Below are positions 16,249-20,052 of a DNA stretch of 20,052 nucleotides, one piece after another; the stretch's first letter is position 1, and each line of letters begins with the position of its first letter. The notes beneath the pieces are model-generated. The model had not been told where the DNA came from. It did no database searches and was given only the letters and a program-made list of their open reading frames with translations. A program made the translations under genes and the position numbers. The stretch lies in contig JAYOYH010000067.1 of the NCBI GenBank assembly GCA_038153405.1, positions 1 through 20,052 on the forward strand, in the 5' to 3' direction. Source of the DNA: Gemmatimonadota bacterium. GTDB taxonomy: Bacteria; Latescibacterota; UBA2968; UBA8231.

Positions 16249-16803
16249 ATGAGCGAGCAAGCAATATACAGCGACTCCTTCACCGACCTGGACGGCCGTT
16301 GGCACTGGCTGCGCGAGAAGCCGGGCCACTGGCGGCTGGCCGATAACGGCCTGGAAATTCGCGTCGAGCCCGGCGTCGCCGACACGGTCGTCAACGCGCT
16401 GCTGCGCGATGCGCCCGACCGCAGCAGCGGCACCTACGCCGTCGAAGTGACCGTGTCCAACCTGCACGCGCCAACGCAGCAATACGAGCAGGGCGGCATC
16501 ACTTGGTATGCGGGCGGCAAGCCCGTCTTCAAATTGGTCAAAGAGCTAATCGACGGCGATATCTACATCATCCCCGGCAAGTGCCCGGTGGCCGACGAGC
16601 CCATTCGCCTGCGCCTGACCGTCGACGGCGCGCATTGGAAGGCCGAATACAAGCCGGAGAGCGCTGACGCCTTTGCCACGGCGGCCGAGGGCGACCTGCC
16701 CGCCCCCGACGGCGATCAGGTGAGCCTGCAGTGTTACAACGGGCCGGAGGATGCCGAACACTGGGTGCGCTTTGAGGACGTTGCCATTAGCCGATTGGAC
16801 TGA
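16249..16803 (+). CDS. Concanavalin A-like beta-sandwich protein (DUF1349 / beta-xylosidase C-terminal-like), about 184 aa
   Basis: ATG 16249 with RBS AGGAG at 16237-16241. All-beta pattern with DSF..LDGRWHWLRE, QYEQGGITWY, IRLRLTVDG and WVRFEDV. No signal peptide. Confidence 0.65.
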   Translation: MSEQAIYSDSFTDLDGRWHWLREKPGHWRLADNGLEIRVEPGVADTVVNALLRDAPDRSSGTYAVEVTVSNLHAPTQQYEQGGITWYAGGKPVFKLVKELIDGDIYIIPGKCPVADEPIRLRLTVDGAHWKAEYKPESADAFATAAEGDLPAPDGDQVSLQCYNGPEDAEHWVRFEDVAISRLD

Positions 16804-16917
16804 GCGGACGGCGAGGGCGGCAAACACAGCGGAACTCTATTCCCTATTGAGCCATCTCACCGTATGCGCCTCTGACGCGCTACCCAACTGCTGCCACCGC
16901 CAAAAGGGCATTCGCGC

Positions 16918-17772
16918 ATGCGCACTGCACTAGTCGCACTCGTTGCACTGATCTCCCTTTATAGCCCGACAAATGCCGATTCGCTAGGCCTAGCCGACAG
17001 CCTCTATGCGCTGCGCGCCGAGGGTGCTGAGTACGATCGCGCCTTGCGCGAACCCGTCTCCGCTGCCATCGCCGCCTACCGACGGGCGGCCGAAGCGCAG
17101 CCGGAATCTATTGAAATACAGTGGAAACTACTGCGCGCGCTGTTTTTTGAAGGGCAGTATACGGGCTATAGCCGCCCCGAGCGCCGGGCGCGCTATGCGG
17201 AAGCCGTTGAGCAAGCGGAAGAGTATCTGGCGCAGGCAGCCGAGCGCTGCGGCGGCAAGCGGATGTGGCAGCGCGGCACGCGCGCCGATGTCGCCGGCCA
17301 ATGCGACCCCGACGATGCGGCTCAGCTCTACTTGTGGAGCGCCATTGCCTGGGCCCAGTGGGGCCGCGCCAGCGGCCTTATCGACGCCGTGCGCAACGGT
17401 ATGGCCAACAAGCTACACGACTACGCTCGGCGCGTGGTCGACCTCGATCCATCCTGCGAACAGGGTGGCGGACAGCGCCTGCTGGCCAGCCTGCACGCAC
17501 GCCTGCCCAACATTCCCCTTATAACCAGCTTTGTGCGCCGCGATAAGGCCGTTCCGTTGGCTGCCGATGCGCTAGCCTTAGACCCAGATCACCCGGGCAA
17601 CCGCTATATCTACGCGACCGTCTTGTTCAGAGTAGACCCCGAGCGCCGCGCCGAAGCTGAAGCCATGTTGAAAGAGCTCGCCGCAGAAACGCCGAGCGGT
17701 CCCTGGCGCGTCGAATGGCGCAACCTGTGCCGGCGCGCGCAGAACTGGCTCAATGGCAACTACAGCCCCTGA
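16918..17772 (+). CDS. Secreted tetratricopeptide-like helical protein, TatT (TPAT/TRAP T-component)-like, 284 aa
   Basis: Signal peptide MRTALVALVALISLYSPTNA-D. Helical repeats AIAAYRRAAEAQPE, LWSAIAWAQWG, VVDLDP..EQGGGQRLLA.LH..LP and ALALDPDHPGNRYIYA. Confidence 0.6.
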   Translation: MRTALVALVALISLYSPTNADSLGLADSLYALRAEGAEYDRALREPVSAAIAAYRRAAEAQPESIEIQWKLLRALFFEGQYTGYSRPERRARYAEAVEQAEEYLAQAAERCGGKRMWQRGTRADVAGQCDPDDAAQLYLWSAIAWAQWGRASGLIDAVRNGMANKLHDYARRVVDLDPSCEQGGGQRLLASLHARLPNIPLITSFVRRDKAVPLAADALALDPDHPGNRYIYATVLFRVDPERRAEAEAMLKELAAETPSGPWRVEWRNLCRRAQNWLNGNYSP

Positions 17773-17804
17773 AGGCGTTGGCACAATAAATCGCGCAGAG
17801 CCAT

Positions 17805-17832
17805 TTTACAGCGTCCGACTTTTCTTTATCTT
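17805..17832 (+). promoter_or_regulatory. sigma70-type promoter candidate for the tandem paralogue pair
   Basis: TTTACA (17805-17810), a 16-nt spacer, then TATCTT (17827-17832), in an AT-rich intergenic patch. Confidence 0.45.
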
Positions 17833-17877
17833 AGCTCGCCAACTCACACACCCTCAGGCAAACAGGGGATATATCCC

Positions 17878-19110
17878 ATGGCCGACCGCCTAAAAATCGC
17901 CGCCATCACTACCATTTACCACAAGTATTCGCACACCCAACACATCGTCGATCGCTTTTTGGAAGGTTACGGCTGGAATGGGCACCACCACCGCCCGGAG
18001 ATGGACGTGGTCTCGCTCTACGTCGACCAGGTCGAGCCGCGACCCAACGAGGGAGCCGACGAGCAGTCGATCCGCTACGACCTCAGCGAGGAGCGCGCCG
18101 CGCGCTTTGCGCAGATGAAGATCTACCCAACCGTGGCCGACGCACTGACGCTGGGCACCGATGACCTGCAAATCGACGGCGTGCTGCTAGTGGCCGAACA
18201 CGGCTCCTATCGCCGCAACGAAAAGGGCCAGCACCTCTACCCGCGCTACGAGCTCTTTAAGCAGATCGTCTCCGTCTACCGCACCACGGGCAAGACGGCG
18301 CCCGTCTTCAACGACAAGCACCTGTCGTGGAACTGGGACTGGTGCCAGGAGATGTACGACCTGTCCAAGGAGCTCGACTTTGCCTTTATGGCCGGCTCGT
18401 CGCTGCCCGTTACCTGGCGCACGCCTTCGCTCGAAATGCCGCTGGGCGCCGAGATCGAAGAGGCCGTCGGCGTGTGCTATGGCGGCGTCGACAGCTACGA
18501 TTACCACGGCCTCGAAACCGTGCAGTGCATGGTCGAGCGCCGCAAAGGCGGCGAGTCGGGCGTCAAATGGCTGCAGGCCTATCGGGGCGAGAAGTTCTGG
18601 CAGGCCCTTAGCGATGGCGTATGGTCGCGCGAGTTGATGGAGGCCGGCCTCAGCCGCAGCCACACCCTCAAGCAGGCCCGCCCCGGCTTCAACGACGTCT
18701 TTCCCACGGTCGATGAAATGAAGCAGCTGTGCAAAGAGCCGGTCGCCTACGTCTACGAGCACGTCGACGGCCTGCAGTCGACCATGCTCCTGATGAGCGG
18801 GTTGGTCGAGGATTTCAACTTCGCCGCACGCATCAAAGGGCAGAGCGAACCGCTGTCGACGCAGATGTACTTGCCGATGCCGCCGGCGCGTACGACACTG
18901 GCCAACTTTTTCTCGCCGCTGGTCAACAACGTCGAGCAGATGTTTCTGACCGGCAAGCCGACCTATCCGGTCGAGCGCACGCTGCTGACCTCTGGGTTGG
19001 TCATTGCCGGCGTCGACAGCTTGCACGGCGACCAGATTAAAATCGAAACGCCGCACCTAGCGCGCGTGCAGTATCAGCCGACCGCAGATTCTACGTTCTG
19101 GAGGACGTAA
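17878..19110 (+). CDS. Conserved hypothetical protein, probable highly divergent Gfo/Idh/MocA-like oxidoreductase fold, 410 aa
   Basis: Long ORF with strong C/G third-position bias and RBS AGGGGA. It shares extensive blocks with the next ORF. IDGVLL, PVFNDKHLS, AGSSLP and YHGLE echo Gfo/Idh/MocA motifs. Confidence 0.85.
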   Translation: MADRLKIAAITTIYHKYSHTQHIVDRFLEGYGWNGHHHRPEMDVVSLYVDQVEPRPNEGADEQSIRYDLSEERAARFAQMKIYPTVADALTLGTDDLQIDGVLLVAEHGSYRRNEKGQHLYPRYELFKQIVSVYRTTGKTAPVFNDKHLSWNWDWCQEMYDLSKELDFAFMAGSSLPVTWRTPSLEMPLGAEIEEAVGVCYGGVDSYDYHGLETVQCMVERRKGGESGVKWLQAYRGEKFWQALSDGVWSRELMEAGLSRSHTLKQARPGFNDVFPTVDEMKQLCKEPVAYVYEHVDGLQSTMLLMSGLVEDFNFAARIKGQSEPLSTQMYLPMPPARTTLANFFSPLVNNVEQMFLTGKPTYPVERTLLTSGLVIAGVDSLHGDQIKIETPHLARVQYQPTADSTFWRT

Positions 19111-19193
19111 TTGCGCGCCCGTGCGCACACGCCGTAGACACGAGACTATACGCCGCAACCGCATATCGCCCATTGCACCGGAGCAACCTAACT

Positions 19194-20052
19194 ATGAGCC
19201 GCAAGCGCATCGCCGTCGTCGCCACGATCTATCGCTACCTGTCACACGCCCAGCACTTTGCCGACCGCTTTATGGTCGGCTATCCCTACGGCGGTAAGTG
19301 GCACCATCCCGACATGGACGTGGTATCGCTCTACGTCGACCAGAAGCCGGAGGGCGATCAGAGCGAAGACCGCGCCCGCGAATTCGGGTTTAGCGTTTAT
19401 CCAACTATTGCCGAGGCCCTGCGCTGCGGCACCGACAAACTCGCCGTCGACGCGGTGCTGATCATCGGTGAGCACGGCGAGTATCCCAACAACGAGAAGG
19501 GCCAGAAGCTCTACCCGCGTTACGAATTCTTTAAAGAGTGCGTCAAGGTCTTTGAAGAGGACGGCCGCGCCGTGCCCGTCTACAACGACAAGCATCTCTC
19601 CTACAGCTTTGACAAGGCCAAAGAGATGGTTGACGACGGCCACCGCCTCGGCTTTCCCATCTTGGCCGGCTCGTCGCTGCCGGTCACCTGGCGCCTGCCC
19701 GACGTCGAACTAGAAAAGGGCTGTGAGGTAAGCGAGGCGCTGATGGTCGGCTGCGGCGGATCCGATCCGATGGACTACCACGCCCTCGAGGCCATGCAGT
19801 GCATGATCGAGCGCCGCAAGGGCGGCGAGACGGGCGTAAAGCAGGTCCAGCTGATCGAGGGCGACGACGTGTGGAAAGCGCTCGACGAGGGCCGCTTTTC
19901 GCGCCGCCTGCTCGAAGCAGCGCTTTCGCGCAGCGATACGCCCTGCGGCAAGACGGACGAGGACGGCCGCACCCAAGACCTGCTGGGCAACGGCGAACTG
20001 CCGGTGCTGGTCGAAAAGCCCGCCGCCTACTTTATCGAGCACAACGACGGTC
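19194..20052 (+). CDS. Paralogue of 17878-19110, 3'-truncated by the window edge (at least 286 codons); absent from the ORF track
   Basis: ATG 19194 with GGAG at 19180-19183, open to the window end: MSRKRIAVVATIYRYLSHAQHFADRFMVGY...MDVVSLYVDQ...GEHGEYPNNEKGQKLYPRYEFFK...PVYNDKHLS...AGSSLPVTWR...DYHALEAMQCMIERRKGGETGVK...AYFIEHNDG. Confidence 0.9.
   Translation, partial: MSRKRIAVVATIYRYLSHAQHFADRFMVGYPYGGKWHHPDMDVVSLYVDQKPEGDQSEDRAREFGFSVYPTIAEALRCGTDKLAVDAVLIIGEHGEYPNNEKGQKLYPRYEFFKECVKVFEEDGRAVPVYNDKHLSYSFDKAKEMVDDGHRLGFPILAGSSLPVTWRLPDVELEKGCEVSEALMVGCGGSDPMDYHALEAMQCMIERRKGGETGVKQVQLIEGDDVWKALDEGRFSRRLLEAALSRSDTPCGKTDEDGRTQDLLGNGELPVLVEKPAAYFIEHNDG

Noticed and set aside
18187..19056. Long antisense or alternate-frame ORFs (for example 18187-19056, 12821-13468, 4482-5153, 273-1118, 7500-8222, 9568-10263)
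   Set aside because: Shadow ORFs expected from high-GC codon bias, with no recognisable motifs, lying within well-supported genes.
17878..20052. Nucleotide repeats between the two paralogues (for example GCCGGCTCGTCGCTGCC) as repeat elements or an assembly duplication
   Set aside because: They reflect conserved protein motifs. The copies are substantially diverged with indels, so this is an old duplication.
1..20052. CRISPR arrays, tRNA/rRNA, IS/integrase/phage genes, defence systems, bacterial microcompartment shell genes
   Set aside because: No spaced direct repeats, cloverleafs or recognisable proteins of these kinds. All intergenic gaps are under 300 bp.

Overview
A GC-rich bacterial window that is almost entirely coding, with 17 CDS; the last runs off the right edge and is absent from the ORF track. 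It reads as an accessory catabolic region for small organic solutes. It holds four divergent enolase-superfamily (mandelate racemase/muconate lactonizing) genes, one resembling D-galactarolactone cycloisomerase. It also holds a beta-carbonic anhydrase, a GH4 NAD+-dependent alpha-glycosidase, a xylose-isomerase-like TIM-barrel protein, glpK-glpD, a HemY-like flavoprotein, a PhyH-type Fe(II)/2OG dioxygenase, a PHP metallohydrolase, an NRAMP-fold transporter lacking the metal motifs, a ConA-like (DUF1349-like) protein, a secreted TPR/TatT-like protein, and a tandem pair of uncharacterised paralogues that look like very divergent Gfo/Idh/MocA oxidoreductases. Several sigma70-type promoters are visible, including overlapping divergent promoters with an operator-like inverted repeat at 2469-2513. 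I found no rRNA, tRNA, CRISPR array or mobile element. The best leads are the tandem paralogue pair, the four enolases with four different catalytic motifs (one apparently lacking the His-Asp dyad), a flavoprotein-enolase-dioxygenase-PHP operon, and a possible glycosylglycerol (floridoside-type) catabolic module. All family calls come from motif recognition by eye, not from database searches.
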